A DNA stretch of 64,000 nucleotides from Antedon mediterranea (GCF_964355755.1 NC_092671.1:3596001-3660000); one strand, 5' to 3'. Positions 1-11,870 are shown, counted from the first letter of the stretch. Made by a program: numbers and translations. The notes: generated by a model not told the origin, from the sequence alone.

Positions 1-1060
1 TTTAAAGCCTTTAGGCCATAAAGTGGGCAAACTGTGCATTATTGTGATTATTTTTATTTCAATTGTGTCCGTCCTGAGCCACAAAAATGCTAAAATACCA
101 CTGAATCATTCTATTTATTACGAATATAACCCCGGTGCAAACCTCGTTACATGTCTGATTGACCAGTTTCTTTCGTTTCAAAATTAGATTATCATTCTTA
201 ATTGAATCGTTCCGTGATAACCACTAAAGATATGTGCGATTTAAATTGTAGACTTATGCCATTTGATGCTGAGGAAAATTAGTAAAAAGTACAAATGACG
301 GGTCATCTTTAGGCCTAGCCTCAATGTGACACCCTTTTACAGGGACAGCATGCATCGAGTAATGTCCATGTCGGAGTGTCATTTTGCGATTAAATTATAG
401 ATACTTTTGTATCGAGATTTCTTCAGTGAAAATTCCGTGATTTAGCATTACAACCTAATCCTTAATCTATCGTTACATGATACAGCCACCAAATGTGATG
501 CACATAAGATGCTGTATTACCGAATGGTCCTGTGATACTGTGTTAATTTGTCGTTTGTGGAGATACAGCACTGATAATCTGCAATTCAGGCAGCCCGCAG
601 GTTGTAACGCCTACATTTATACATTATCATTTTCACTTACGATATTGTATTTTACTGAGAAAACGGGATAGGCCGGCTTTACTGGCCATAATCGCATAGA
701 GAGGGATGTCTTTTAAAGTGCATTGTATGTATACTGCTTGTTATACTTCTGTATATAAAATGTTTAAAAAAAAATGTTATAAATACTAGGCCTGACATAA
801 TGTACCATCGATACGCCCACTAATTTGTCATTAATTGAAAATAAATGTGTGTTTGCTTTTCCCAGGATGTCTGTTAAATGTGAGTTACATTCTCAAACTA
901 GACAACAAATGTTTCATACTTCTTTTTTTTAAATGTGTGCTACATTTTTTTAATGAATCTATCTTTACACAGAATATTTGTAATGAATTATTAACCCACA
1001 TAGCATGAATGGATATGGAGTTACTTATTTTACATCGATAAAGTGATATAATGCGCCTAA

Positions 1061-1212
1061 AACTCTGTCTACACTATCAAACTTTATGTGACAACATTTC
1101 TTATAATATATTTACATGATGTCATATCACTACTATATTTGGGCATAACACTACCATATTTGGGCACATCACACTTTTTTTGTCAAACTAGTTTGATAGT
1201 GCAGACAGAGCA
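1061..1212. mobile_element. PIF/Harbinger-like MITE (family A)
   Basis: TIR (A)CTCTGTCTACACTATCAAACT ... AGTTTGATAGTGCAGACAGAG, flanks TAA/TTA; partial copies at 36546, 44492-44609 and 61537. Confidence 0.75.
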
Positions 1213-1531
1213 TTAGAACCAACTTAGAACATAGAAATAAATGTAGAGGGCGACATATTTACTTTGTATGATATGAATTCAATTATTTTCTTAAAGAATA
1301 TTATATAATAAAATGGTAAATGTATGGAATATAAATCATTATTATATACTATTTTAACAATTTCCACAATTTAAAACGCAACGTTTTGAATTGCGCAAAT
1401 CGTTAGATTCAAGTAAGAAGAATAATTTAATGTTGTAACCATTTTGTACAATACCTATAACATCTATGTTAGAATTGTGCATTCAATATTTTGTAAATAA
1501 TTAAAATCTTGATTGAAAATTTTGTATACAG

Positions 1532-1631
1532 AATAAAGAAATAGTTTGTAGAAAAGAAAGATGTCCGGATTTAAACGGATGTGCGTTGGCAGTTAGCAAT
1601 CCGAATACGCAGTGCTGCACCCAGTGTAAAA
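1532..1631 (+). CDS. BMPER: BMPER/crossveinless-2 coding exon 1 in window (second half of VWC1)
   Basis: tatacag acceptor, A|gtgagt donor; NKEIVCRKERCPDLNGCALAVSNPNTQCCTQCK resembles vertebrate BMPER NKEVTCKREKCP..CALA...CCEQCK; 100 nt, phase 0 to 1; not in ORF track. Confidence 0.92.
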
Positions 1632-2577
1632 GTGAGTTTTTTCTTTTTCTTAAAACATTATGTTGACGCGTTTGCAAACGCAATTAACGCGTCATGTTTA
1701 ACTTAAACGCATCATACATTCTCCACAGTGGACAAAATACAGTATGCGTACATCATTTACTGCATCAAACAGAAAGTTGATTGTGTTCACACGACGAGTC
1801 TTGTATGCCCACTCTCGTATCTCGTTAACTCCGATATAACTTCGATAGGTTTAAGGTACACCTTAATTTAACTCCGATACCGGTAGCTCTAGCAAAGCGC
1901 TTCCATTATTCTCTAATTTATCGGCACGGTCAACGTGCCGATAGACAAATGACAAAATACCACTCACGGCTGCCGTGAAGGTTGACCGTGCCATGTGTTT
2001 TAAATGCAGAAGTGAAATTTTAATTTTAAGTGCTTTACTATTAGATTGCCAGTACATGAACTTGTCAAGCAGAAGTATCTATAGTCTTCCATCCGACATT
2101 TAAACATTATTTAACATTAATTTATCGATATTTTTCCAGTGGTGTTGTTTAAACATTCACACGTTATAAACTTCAGCTCGTTCCCAAGTGACATTGCAAA
2201 TCTAAGAAGAACACAAATCACTGGAAATTTCAATTATAAAAAAATTGACGTGATTTAAATCTTTTTTAGACAGCAGTCAGTGAGTTTTTTCTGTCATTTA
2301 AATGATGCGTGGATCAAGCATTACCATGACAACCGCACATTTTACAAAAGTTTACCGACGAACGTTCATGTTTAACATGATGTTGCAGTATTGAAATTAA
2401 ACCGCGAAACGCCCAAACAACTAGTGTACAAGAGAGAGGTGATCTCTGAATTACATTTTAATGAATTATTTAATGGGAAAAGTAGACAGGATTCACTTGC
2501 CATGATTTTACAAAATTTGAATATTTCTTCTGATGACAAGTCAAGAACTTTTAAATAAAATTCATAAAAACCACTCT

Positions 2578-2855
2578 GCATTTACCGTAAAACAATTGAT
2601 AAACGCCGTGCTGTGGTTACACCATATTTTTAAGGTTTTAGTGCGGGGGCGACGCTTACTGCATTTACCGTAAAACCATTGATAAACGCCGCGCTGCCAT
2701 TACAAATTTTGTTTAGGTTTCAGTGTGCGGGGCGGCGCTTACAGTATGCTACGTTTACCGTGAACGATTGATAAACGCCGCACTTTTGTTATAACGCTTA
2801 TTTAAAACTGTTTTATGGTTTCAGTGCGCAGGACTTACTTGGCGGTGGCGCTTTA
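2578..2855. repeat. Three degenerate tandem units of about 83-95 bp
   Basis: Recurring TTTACCGT-A-AAC-ATTGATAAACGCCG ... GGTTT(T/C)AGTG ... GGCG.CGCTT at about 2578, 2661 and 2752. Confidence 0.8.
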
Positions 2856-3017
2856 ATTTTGATAGTCGCGGTTCTTATTTTTTTTGTGTACTGTTTAATA
2901 AGTTCAAGATATATCGGGCATAAATGGTGTTTCTTCATTTTTGTTTTCACAGGAAACATTTTAAATATCAATATTATGCCTTCAATCAAACCCAGTATCT
3001 TATTTTCTATTTCGCAG

Positions 3018-3100
3018 GTTGTTCGTTTAATGGCGATCATTATAAAAGTGGTGATGTTTGGTTTCCAACGTCCAATTCCTGCCAACAATTCCAATGTCAG
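3018..3100 (+). CDS. BMPER: BMPER exon 2 in window (VWC2 N-half)
   Basis: ttcgcag acceptor, CAG|gtccgt donor; (S)CSFNGDHYKSGDVWFPTSNSCQQFQCQ; 83 nt, phase 1 to 0, joins neighbours in frame. Confidence 0.9.
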
Positions 3101-3219
3101 GTCCGTTTGAAACTTTGAAAGTGTTTTACTGTTTGTTTTTAAAATATTATATAATTATTATTTATTTTTGAACTCGTTATCGTTCATATTTAATTAGTTT
3201 GTTGTAATTTTTATTTCAG

Positions 3220-3310
3220 GAAAGTATGGTGACCGCATCAAGAGTGCAGTGTTTTAATCTATGTAATAATCCTATTTATATTGAAGGACAATGCTGTCCT
3301 TATTGTGAAG
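3220..3310 (+). CDS. BMPER: BMPER exon 3 in window (VWC2 C-half)
   Basis: atttcag acceptor, G|gtaagt donor; ESMVTASRVQCFNLCNNPIYIEGQCCPYCE; 91 nt, phase 0 to 1. Confidence 0.93.
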
Positions 3311-3698
3311 GTAAGTAACTTATTAAGCAACCACGTTTGTTATCAAACTACTAAGAAACAAACAACACTGCAGTGACTGCAGAAAATAATAGACTATTAA
3401 ACAATGACGATGATATTTTCTCTACATTCAATCATGGGAATAGTAAAATTACAATAACTTTAATCTTCCTTGATTCAATCAGCTTTTAAGAATAGATTTT
3501 TGGCTGACACAGTGTTATTAGGCCTAAAACAATTCATTTAAAAAAATTATAAACAGCGGTACTCTAAATTATCATGTTAAGTTAATAGGCCTATATTGTT
3601 TTCTGTGGTGAGTGGCATTAGTATGTTTGTTGCTGATGACCAGTAACTATTGCACGCCAAGCCAAGTATTTAGCATATGTTGGTCTTTTTGGATATGA

Positions 3699-6554
3699 AG
3701 TATTGAATCAATTTGGATGGAAATTTTGCTTCCGAGGACGCGTCCTATTGTTGTTGGATCAATTTATCGTCCACCAAGTCAATCATATAAGCTATTTATT
3801 GACTCGTTTGAAAATATATTGGCTGCTATTCGACCAGATGTCGAAGTTATTGTCCTTGGTGACTTCAATATTAATTTGAAAAATGAATCTGCATCAATAT
3901 ACAAAATGTTAGAAACAACTCTTGAAACTTTTAGCTTTACCCATCTGATAAAGGAACCAACTCGAATTACTAAGTATACATCAACAGTTTTAGATATTAT
4001 CATATGTAACCATTCGCAAAAAATTTTGCAATCGGGTGTCATCCATGTAGGCATTAGTGACCACAGCCTAACGTTTTGTACTCGTAAATCTTTAAAATAT
4101 AAATTTAACCAACATAAAACTATCAAAATTCGTTCACTTAAGAACTACGATGTTAATATTTTTAATGAGCAATTGACACAATCTGATTGGTCGCCTGTTC
4201 TCGATTCATCAGATGTGGACTTTGCCTGGTGCTCTTTTAAAAAAATATTTTTGTCTCTTATAAACAGAATGGCTCCTCTCAAACAGGTGCGCCTAAAACA
4301 AAAATCTGAAGAGTGGATGACACCGGAAATATTAAGTGCCATAAAAGAAAGAGACTCGCTATTAAATAAGTTCAAGAATAACCCAAATAGGCCAGACCTT
4401 TACGATGCATTTCGTAAGTTACGTAATCGCATACAAAAGGACATAAAGAAAGCAAAATCTGAATGTTTTTTAAATAAGGTAGAAGTTAACAAAAATAATC
4501 CCAATAAACTCTGGAAATGCCTTAAAGATTTGGGATATAAAAATAAGCCACAAAAGGGTAGCACTGTTTCGTCAGATGTTAATGGGAATCTTTGCCATAA
4601 TGAAAGCGAAGTTTCAAATTATTTCAATAAATACTTCGCAAATATTGCTTCCGATTTAATGAAGAAATTGCCTTCTCCCAGTAACCTTTTTAGTGTGGGT
4701 TCGAATGCCTTTAAAAATTACTATAATAGCAAAATCAAACATGTTTCTGGTTTTTCTCTCGAAGAAATTGACGAGAGCCTTATCGAAGAGGAATTGAGAA
4801 ATCTCAACCCATCTAAAAGTGTAGGCCTTGATCAGATTCCTGCAAAATTTCTTAGAGACGGAGCTCCTAATATTAAAATACCTATAACACATATAATTAA
4901 CCTCTCCATTAAATACGAACGTATTCCCTCGGATTTTAAACTCGCAAAAGTCACGCCCCTTCATAAAAAGAATTCCAGAACTGAGGCTAACAATTACAGA
5001 CCTATAAGCATTCTCTCCTCAGTTTCGAAAATTCTGGAGAAGGTGGTTTATATACAAGTTTCCGATTACCTTGAAAGGAATCAACTTATCTACGATCATC
5101 AATCCGGTTTTCGTAGATCATTTTCTACCGACACATGTCTTATCCATCTTAGAGATCACCTTCAAATGTCAAATGGTTTATTTACGGGTATGGTTTTACT
5201 CGATGTCCAAAAGGCCTTTGACTCGGTCAATCATGATATTTTGTGTAAAAAACTTAAGTATCTAGGATGCCGGTCTATCGGTTGGTTTCAAGCGTACCTG
5301 TCTGGGCGAAATCAGATTTTCGATATTAAAGGTACCAAATCAAACTCTATTGAGATTGGATGTGGAGTCCCCCAGGGTAGCCTTTTGGGTCCTCTCTTGT
5401 TTCTTATTTACGTGAATGACCTACCATCTAGTATCGAAAGTGATTGTAAAGTTGTTTTGTACGCTGACGATTGTGCAATTTTTTACTCCCATAAAGATCC
5501 AATCGCAATCCAATCTAAACTCCAAAACAATCTCGTATCATGCAATAATTGGCTGATCGACAATCAACTTTCGCTTCATATGGGTAAGACCGAATGCATC
5601 CTGTTTGGTTCTAAACGTAGATTAAGCAAAGTAAACGAATTCTATATTGATTGCTTTGGAACGACTATAAATGGATCTAAATCTATCAAATATCTAGGTA
5701 TTGAGATTGACCAAAATGTATCAGGTGACGTCATTGCCCGCTCTGTTATAAACAAAGCAAACGGCAGACTGAAATTTCTGTACCGACAATCATCATTTCT
5801 TAATTCACATTGTCGCAAAATTCTTAGTTTTGCTTTAATCCAACCGATGTTCGATTATTCGGTTTGCTCATGGTCTTCTACGGTAAATAAAAATTTAAAA
5901 TCAAAATTACAAACGACTCAAAACAAAATGGTTCGTTTTATAAAAAAGTTAGGTCCCCGATCTCATGTTGGTCAATCTCAGCTAAACGACGTTGGTATGT
6001 TAAAAGTCCAAGACCGTGTCGAATTTCTTAGAGCCTGTCATGTTTTTAAAATATATAATCATTGTTGTCCACCTTATTTATGCAATCGTTTTATTAGAAT
6101 TTCAGACAGTCATAATTACAATACTAGGGGATGCAATTTTAATTTTAGAATCCCAACTATCAAGCCAATGGCACATGTGACCTTTTTTTACAATGCTATT
6201 AAAGAATGGAATAATTTACCAATTAACATTAAGGAATCACAAACTGTTTGTTGTTTTAAAAGTAAAGTTAAAAAGTATCTACAGGAACGTTCACTAGCTC
6301 TAGAAACTATTTAATTAGCGCTTCTTCTTTTTTCGATTGTCCTTTTTGCTGTTTTTTGTCATTTTTATTATGTTGCTTTGTTTGTCTTTTTTGCTGTTCT
6401 TTCAAAGGACCTCATTGGAAACAAGTCCGTAGAGGACTTTTATGAGTTATCCTTGGCATCCTTGTTTTATATTGGTATTTTTATATTTGTCAATTTTAAT
6501 TGTATGTCTGTGATATTTTATGTACTGATGCCGAAATAAATCAAATCAAATCAA
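3699..6554 (+). mobile_element. 5'-truncated CR1/L2-group (Crack/Daphne-like) LINE
   Basis: Frame starts mid-endonuclease (SIESIWMEI); 3' UTR stem-loop AAGTCC-gtaga-GGACTT near 6423; AATAAA then (TCAAA)n tail at 6535-6554; no clear TSD. Confidence 0.88.
3717..6314 (+). CDS. LINE ORF2, APE endonuclease C-part plus reverse transcriptase (865 aa, uninterrupted)
   Basis: YRPP, GDFN, SDH (APE); NYRPIS, QSGFR, DVQKAFD, GVPQGSLLGP, YADD, KYLG (RT); C-terminal WNNLP..FKSKVKKYL. Confidence 0.95.
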   Translation: MEILLPRTRPIVVGSIYRPPSQSYKLFIDSFENILAAIRPDVEVIVLGDFNINLKNESASIYKMLETTLETFSFTHLIKEPTRITKYTSTVLDIIICNHSQKILQSGVIHVGISDHSLTFCTRKSLKYKFNQHKTIKIRSLKNYDVNIFNEQLTQSDWSPVLDSSDVDFAWCSFKKIFLSLINRMAPLKQVRLKQKSEEWMTPEILSAIKERDSLLNKFKNNPNRPDLYDAFRKLRNRIQKDIKKAKSECFLNKVEVNKNNPNKLWKCLKDLGYKNKPQKGSTVSSDVNGNLCHNESEVSNYFNKYFANIASDLMKKLPSPSNLFSVGSNAFKNYYNSKIKHVSGFSLEEIDESLIEEELRNLNPSKSVGLDQIPAKFLRDGAPNIKIPITHIINLSIKYERIPSDFKLAKVTPLHKKNSRTEANNYRPISILSSVSKILEKVVYIQVSDYLERNQLIYDHQSGFRRSFSTDTCLIHLRDHLQMSNGLFTGMVLLDVQKAFDSVNHDILCKKLKYLGCRSIGWFQAYLSGRNQIFDIKGTKSNSIEIGCGVPQGSLLGPLLFLIYVNDLPSSIESDCKVVLYADDCAIFYSHKDPIAIQSKLQNNLVSCNNWLIDNQLSLHMGKTECILFGSKRRLSKVNEFYIDCFGTTINGSKSIKYLGIEIDQNVSGDVIARSVINKANGRLKFLYRQSSFLNSHCRKILSFALIQPMFDYSVCSWSSTVNKNLKSKLQTTQNKMVRFIKKLGPRSHVGQSQLNDVGMLKVQDRVEFLRACHVFKIYNHCCPPYLCNRFIRISDSHNYNTRGCNFNFRIPTIKPMAHVTFFYNAIKEWNNLPINIKESQTVCCFKSKVKKYLQERSLALETI

Positions 6555-6854
6555 GTTTTCTCAACGTGGGCCTATTCGGGCTAATTTGTTTGCCTGGGTA
6601 TACGTTTGTGACATACCCATCAAAATTAACGATAAAATTGTCCCATGAAATAGATGAAACCAACTGGTAACTAAGACTGAACAGACCCTGCATTTACATA
6701 TAGTAAATGCCCGACTTGTTTATACTCGCATAATTGGGCCAACTCAGAATGTCACAGGGTGTACTCGAAGGTGCTTAATATCCATTATCAGCACCCCTGA
6801 ATCATCACTGTTTATCTGACTCATATTGTGATTCTCCACGGAATATCGTGATAT

Positions 6855-7070
6855 TTCCCGTGGCCTTAGGAACGACACAAGAACCACTGCCCTAGCATCG
6901 TCCAGGTGTATAAACGGGCACCCAATATGCCTTGCGTTATCTTTGAACCAATTAGTGCCTATAGTTACAACCGTATATTATTGCCAGAATAAATATACAG
7001 TTCCAGACGGTACGAATTCATTTGGGTATCAATGACTAAGGACACAGTAAACTTTAAAATTCAATAATAA
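6855..7070 (+). mobile_element. Degenerate SINE body (CORE/V-domain-like)
   Basis: GTGGCCTTAGGAACGACAC and CCAGGTGTATAAACGGGCACC resemble recalled SINE central-domain motifs GTGTCCTTGGGCAAGACAC and CCAGGTGTATAAATGGGTACC. Confidence 0.4.
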
Positions 7071-8551
7071 TTTCAGTCATTTCTGATCACGTGATAATTC
7101 TTGTTTTGTGTTCTTATCAAATTACGTTGTGGGACTTTGCCAGGTCGTTTAAGGGAAACATGTTTTAATAATATGTTCAATTTGTCGAAATCGCCTCTCT
7201 TCAAAAGTTGAATTTATTATTTATTATACAAAGCAACAATTAGTCATACAATTGGCCAACAATTGATGATAATATTCACAATGCACAAAAAAAATCACAA
7301 TAAATATAATTTCTGTGACTTTAGTGTTTGCTTATAGTTAAAATTGCCAAACTGATATTCAACATTTTGTTGATGGTTGTTACAAAATTCAATTCTTTTT
7401 GTTTTGTTTTTTAATGTATCATTATGTCTGAAATAAAAGTTCAATTGAATAGTGGTGTTTTCCTGGGTGAAAAAAACATAGGCATTCACCCTTGAGTGAG
7501 CTCACAGAAGATTCCACTATCTTTAAGATGCGTTCAAATTTGTTTTCTCTTCTCTGAGAAGTAAAGGCCTATATGTGTTTATTCGTGCAAGCTAGGCACA
7601 AGGAAGTCGACATTTTGTAATTCATTTCGTTGATTGTTATACATAAACGCATACACCACATCAACACGTCAATGCGCGCGTCGCGTGTCTACATCAACCG
7701 TTTTTAGAGGTGGTTTTCAACGCATGCGCATTTGGGTATTGTAACTTATTATCTATCATATGTTTACATCGATGTATTATGTTGTTTATTTGAAATTTTT
7801 GACACGTTTTTCCCTTGTGCTTTCGTGACCTGGGTCTAAAACAAGTTTAAAACTCACAAGATATTCTCTGGACAATTGATAAACCGGGAAATGTTGACGT
7901 TTAACACATGACGTGTACTAATCCCCAGAAGATTTATCCTAAATAAAGAAAAGAAAATATTTAATTTAATGATATTTAAAATTACAAGAAATTCGAACAG
8001 TGTTAGCTAGGGATTTGAAACAGACTACGCGTTTCGCATTGATGGCATGTGGAATCTCAAATCGTATGAAATGATTCGTGCTTAAGTACGTTTTTTATTT
8101 TATTTTTGCTGTATATTCTATAGAATATGTCGCTCAACAATACAAATTAAATACATTTTTCTATAATTAGCCGGGTAAACAGCGACGGCAATGATTGATA
8201 CAATAATCTACTAAAACTCATATCAACTCGAGACGTAGACCTACCTGAAAACATTTTTTATAGTTAAAAATAGGCTATATCTGACATAAACATTGTTTAT
8301 TTGTAAATAAACATTCAACAAATAGGTAAAACAGAGAAAACAATTATAAATTTAAACTTGGTTCCCATTAGGACTCAACGCAAGGTAATTCGCTTCGCAA
8401 GCGTTGACCAATCACAAGCGACAGACAGAATGTTTGCTTGTTACCAGTGTAAACAGATTGATGCGTGTTTTGGTCCTACAATATGTCTTCACCGTTCTCA
8501 AAATTATCAATCAATTCTTAATGTTTAAATGTTCTTTAATATGTTTCACAG

Positions 8552-8634
8552 GTTGTATATATGATGGTTCCCGACATCAAGACGGAGAGACATTCACCGC
8601 GTCAGACAATCCATGCGTTCAATGCAAATGTGAG
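8552..8634 (+). CDS. BMPER: BMPER exon 4 in window (VWC3 N-half)
   Basis: ttcacag acceptor, GAG|gtaaac donor; (G)CIYDGSRHQDGETFTASDNPCVQCKCE; 83 nt, phase 1 to 0. Confidence 0.93.
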
Positions 8635-8942
8635 GTAAACGCAACATCAATAACCTGTTGTATTTTGAAAATATATTTAATTAAATTATCAAAGTTATGG
8701 ATTTTCCTTCAATACTCCTTTCATATTTTATACACATCTCCTCTTATTATTATCCTACAGTTCTATCCTATCCCATCAAACCATTCAAATAATTAAAGGA
8801 CCAACAGACCGACCTACCCATCAACTGTTTATTTTAATGGTGCATAGCCAACATGAAGTGGTGAAATTCATTCGCTGTTGGATAGATCATAATAATACAT
8901 AATATACCCGTGTAAATAATGGTTTTTGTGCTTTTTCTTCAG

Positions 8943-9042
8943 GGGAAAAACGTAAAATGTACGCGGCAGGTCTGCCCGGTATTATCCTGCCCAGACACAC
9001 ACCAACGTACGCAGCCTGGGCAGTGTTGCCCTTCATGTATAG
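8943..9042 (+). CDS. BMPER: BMPER exon 5 in window (VWC3 C-half)
   Basis: cttcag acceptor, G|gtactg donor; GKNVKCTRQVCPVLSCPDTHQRTQPGQCCPSCI; 100 nt, phase 0 to 1. Confidence 0.93.
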
Positions 9043-9679
9043 GTACTGTATACTCTACTTCATATTCGAACACGTACATTAAACAAACATTCGACTGTAA
9101 CGGTAATTTATTTTGCGCAAATTGATAATTCGACAATGAAATGATACTCATTTTCGTGTCGTTTTTTGGTGAAACATCCGACAGAAACAGGCGTTTAATA
9201 AGAGTCTGGTAATTGTATAAATTGTGCTCAAGGCTAAAGCCCCAATTTTTCATAACTGCTTTAGAAAAAATAATTCGTGCAGACAAGTTAAGTAACAGTT
9301 GCTGCTTATCATACCTTATAAATAGATGTCGTAGTAATTACTAAAAAGGGCGCATAACAACAATAAACGCATTACGTACATTAGATCATGGTTACCCATA
9401 AAGATATCAAACACTCATTGTTTTCGATACTATTGTTTTTATTTTTACCTAAATTGTTCATGTTCATGATTTTTGTATATTTGTATTTATATTAGTCTAC
9501 AAATCATAAATGTTTAAGTTGAATAGGGGAGATTATTTTCAATGAGTTGAATGACGAACAATAAAACATATTTCAACGATTGAAAAAACACCACTGTTAT
9601 TGAAAACTAGTCTCTGATACATTTGATCCTTCACATGCCTACAATGAATGATTTCATTGGCTAAGTTCAAACATCTTAG

Positions 9680-10145
9680 CAAACTAGTTTGTCGAGAAGG
9701 TACTGTATGGCATAACACGTCTACACTGGCAAACGTTTTGCAAACTCGAGTTTGTCAAGAAAAGTTTCTAAAGTGTTGACCAGTTGACTTCGGAAAACTG
9801 CAGAAAACACGTTTTCAGAAAGTCTAATTAGCTCGAGCAAACCTTTCCTAAGTTTGCTTGTGTATACCAGTTGACAAACTTCAGAAAACAAGTTGTAGAA
9901 AGTCTACACTAGCAAACACTGGCAAACTCGAGCAAACTTTAGAGTTTGTCATGAACAGTTCTTCTAATTTTGCTAATAAAGATCAGTTGAAAAATTTCGG
10001 CAAACTTACAGAAAACGAGTTCAAACAAAAAATGAGGTGACGTTTACTATTGTAGATTATAGTTGAACTTCTGCCAAAGTTTGTCAATTGCTCTAAACTG
10101 GCAAACTTTGAAAAACCTTTTTTGCCAAACAAAGAGTTTGTTCAA
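9680..10145. repeat. Degenerate MITE-like repeat with many CAAACT/AGTTTG motifs
   Basis: GTCTACACTGGCAAAC (9719) and GTCTACACTAGCAAAC (9903), repeated CAAACTCGAG and GAGTTTGTCA; shares terminal motif with family A. Confidence 0.5.
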
Positions 10146-10235
10146 TTGTAAGTCTGAATCTGTACGTCTTAACGAGTATATTCTAATTTATTAATTTTTA
10201 TCTAATATTATCTAATTTTCTTATTTCTTTCAAAG

Positions 10236-10342
10236 TTCAAAGAAGGGTGTTCGAGTTAGGGAATAAATGTATTTATAAAACCGATGTATTCGAAGATGGA
10301 GAGGTCATAATCGTAGATAAATGTACGCGCTGCACGTGTATA
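10236..10342 (+). CDS. BMPER: BMPER exon 6 in window (VWC4 N-half)
   Basis: ttcaaag acceptor, ATA|gtaagt donor; (V)QRRVFELGNKCIYKTDVFEDGEVIIVDKCTRCTCI, resembling BMPER QRKVFDL linker; 107 nt, phase 1 to 0. Confidence 0.92.
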
Positions 10343-10446
10343 GTAAGTACATTATACTTGTTTATCGAAAAATGGATGTAACAAAGTGTGAAATATGTGG
10401 TTCACACGTCAATTTTAATCGTGTATGTACAACATGTTATTTACAG

Positions 10447-10584
10447 GATACTACATTTATGTGTCACAGACAAGTATGTCCCGATACATTACCATGTAGT
10501 GTGAACGAACAAGTTGTTGAAGAAGGGTCATGTTGCCCAAAATGTCGCCGGAAGACGTGTCAAGTAGACGACAAGATCTTTGAG
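10447..10584 (+). CDS. BMPER: BMPER exon 7 in window (VWC4 C-half, start of VWC5)
   Basis: ttacag acceptor, GAG|gtaatt donor; DTTFMCHRQVCPDTLPCSVNEQVVEEGSCCPKCRRKTCQVDDKIFE; 138 nt, phase 0 to 0. Confidence 0.93.
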
Positions 10585-11431
10585 GTAATTTATCACGTTC
10601 AGCCCATCTCTAAAATGTGCTTTATTTAGTTGAAACTGTATTTGACCTATTTAAAATGTCACCAATCATCTTGTTGAGAAACAAGTGTTTCTTTCCATAT
10701 TCGGTGCCTAATAATCATTACCAGTACTGTATATTAATAACTTACAACAGTGTGCACATCTTCGTTCTAGAGACCAAAGCTACTCTAGACCACTAAAACA
10801 TGAGTCTCAAAAGTGGTCTTCAATTGGAGAGAGACATTAGCATTAGAACAACTACTCTGGAACACTGTTCAAGGGATTATTATGGGAAAACGTATCTTTT
10901 GGGTAAACAAAGTGCCCCTTAATAGGGGAAATACGCATTAAAGAAATATATTCTTTAAATTCTATTACGAAACGTTTGATTTATTCAAAAGCTCAACAGA
11001 AAATTAGTAGGCAATACATACATTATCGCAAATCGAATCAACGAATATATAACAAGCGAACTCCTTTAAAGGAATGTGTCAAAGTATGACAGAAATAAAT
11101 AGAGCATTTGGGGAACAGAAATCATTTGTGACATGATCAAACGACATAAATTGGATTTATTGTTCTGGAACTCACCAAGTAATTTATTTATAATATCTTT
11201 GCAAACATCTGGAAAATTCAGAAACGCCTACGCGTGGTTAATAAACAGTCAGAAGCCAATCAAACTAATAAACTTATTTCAATTCTACTAACTTAACCTT
11301 CGTGATTTAGGAGAAAAAGTTTACAATTGGTACACTTTACAACATTCATTAGAAGTTGTCTAAAAACAATACAAAATAATTTACATGTTGGCAATGTTGA
11401 CAATTTTATAAGAGTTTAAACAGGTTAAGTG

Positions 11432-11870
11432 TAAAGTTTGGATAGTATTAGAACGCAATACAAGAACGTACACGCAATGCTCGTGATTTGAACATTCGCA
11501 CGCGACGGATCATCATGATATCGCTTGTGATTCATGGTTCATGAACATAAATGGCATCGGTTAGGCTAGGCTAATGTATATAAATCTTTGCATTGCGTAT
11601 GCTTTGGGATGTTATGAATTTGTCAGATCTTCAAAAGAAACTAGCACAGCGTACTAAACTCGAGCGTAATCAATTCTAGCGTTCTAAAACTCGAGCGTCC
11701 TTGCATATCACCGGGCATGCGCATTATCTATGCACTATTTACGTAAGCGCAATACAAGTAACCAACCAATCACGAGGCGATGCATCACCCAAACTAACGC
11801 TTGTAATTGGTCAATTCACTTGCTTGGTCAGTCTACGTCGTTGCGTGTCCAAGTGAGAAGCAATCTTTAG
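11432..11870. mobile_element. Old Harbinger-like MITE remnants (family B)
   Basis: Right end GTTGCGTGTCCAAGTGAGAAGCAATCTTTA is a degenerate reverse complement of TAAACTTGGTTCCCATTAGGACTCAACGCAAG at 8353; both carry CCAATCAC(A/G)AG motifs. Confidence 0.45.

Noticed and set aside
866-879. 14-nt micro-exon candidate (cccag|GATGTCTGTTAAAT|gtgagt, GCLLN)
   Set aside because: Strong-looking splice sites, but the exon preceding 1532 should end in a CxxCxC motif and the VWC2 start is already supplied by 3018-3100
3779-5265. Short ORFs overlapping the LINE ORF2 (also 21113-21912)
   Set aside because: Shadow frames of RT coding sequence
8353-11870. MITE ends bracketing BMPER exons 4-7 as a composite transposon
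   Set aside because: The right end appears to have its own degenerate left end near 11432; independent old copies are simpler
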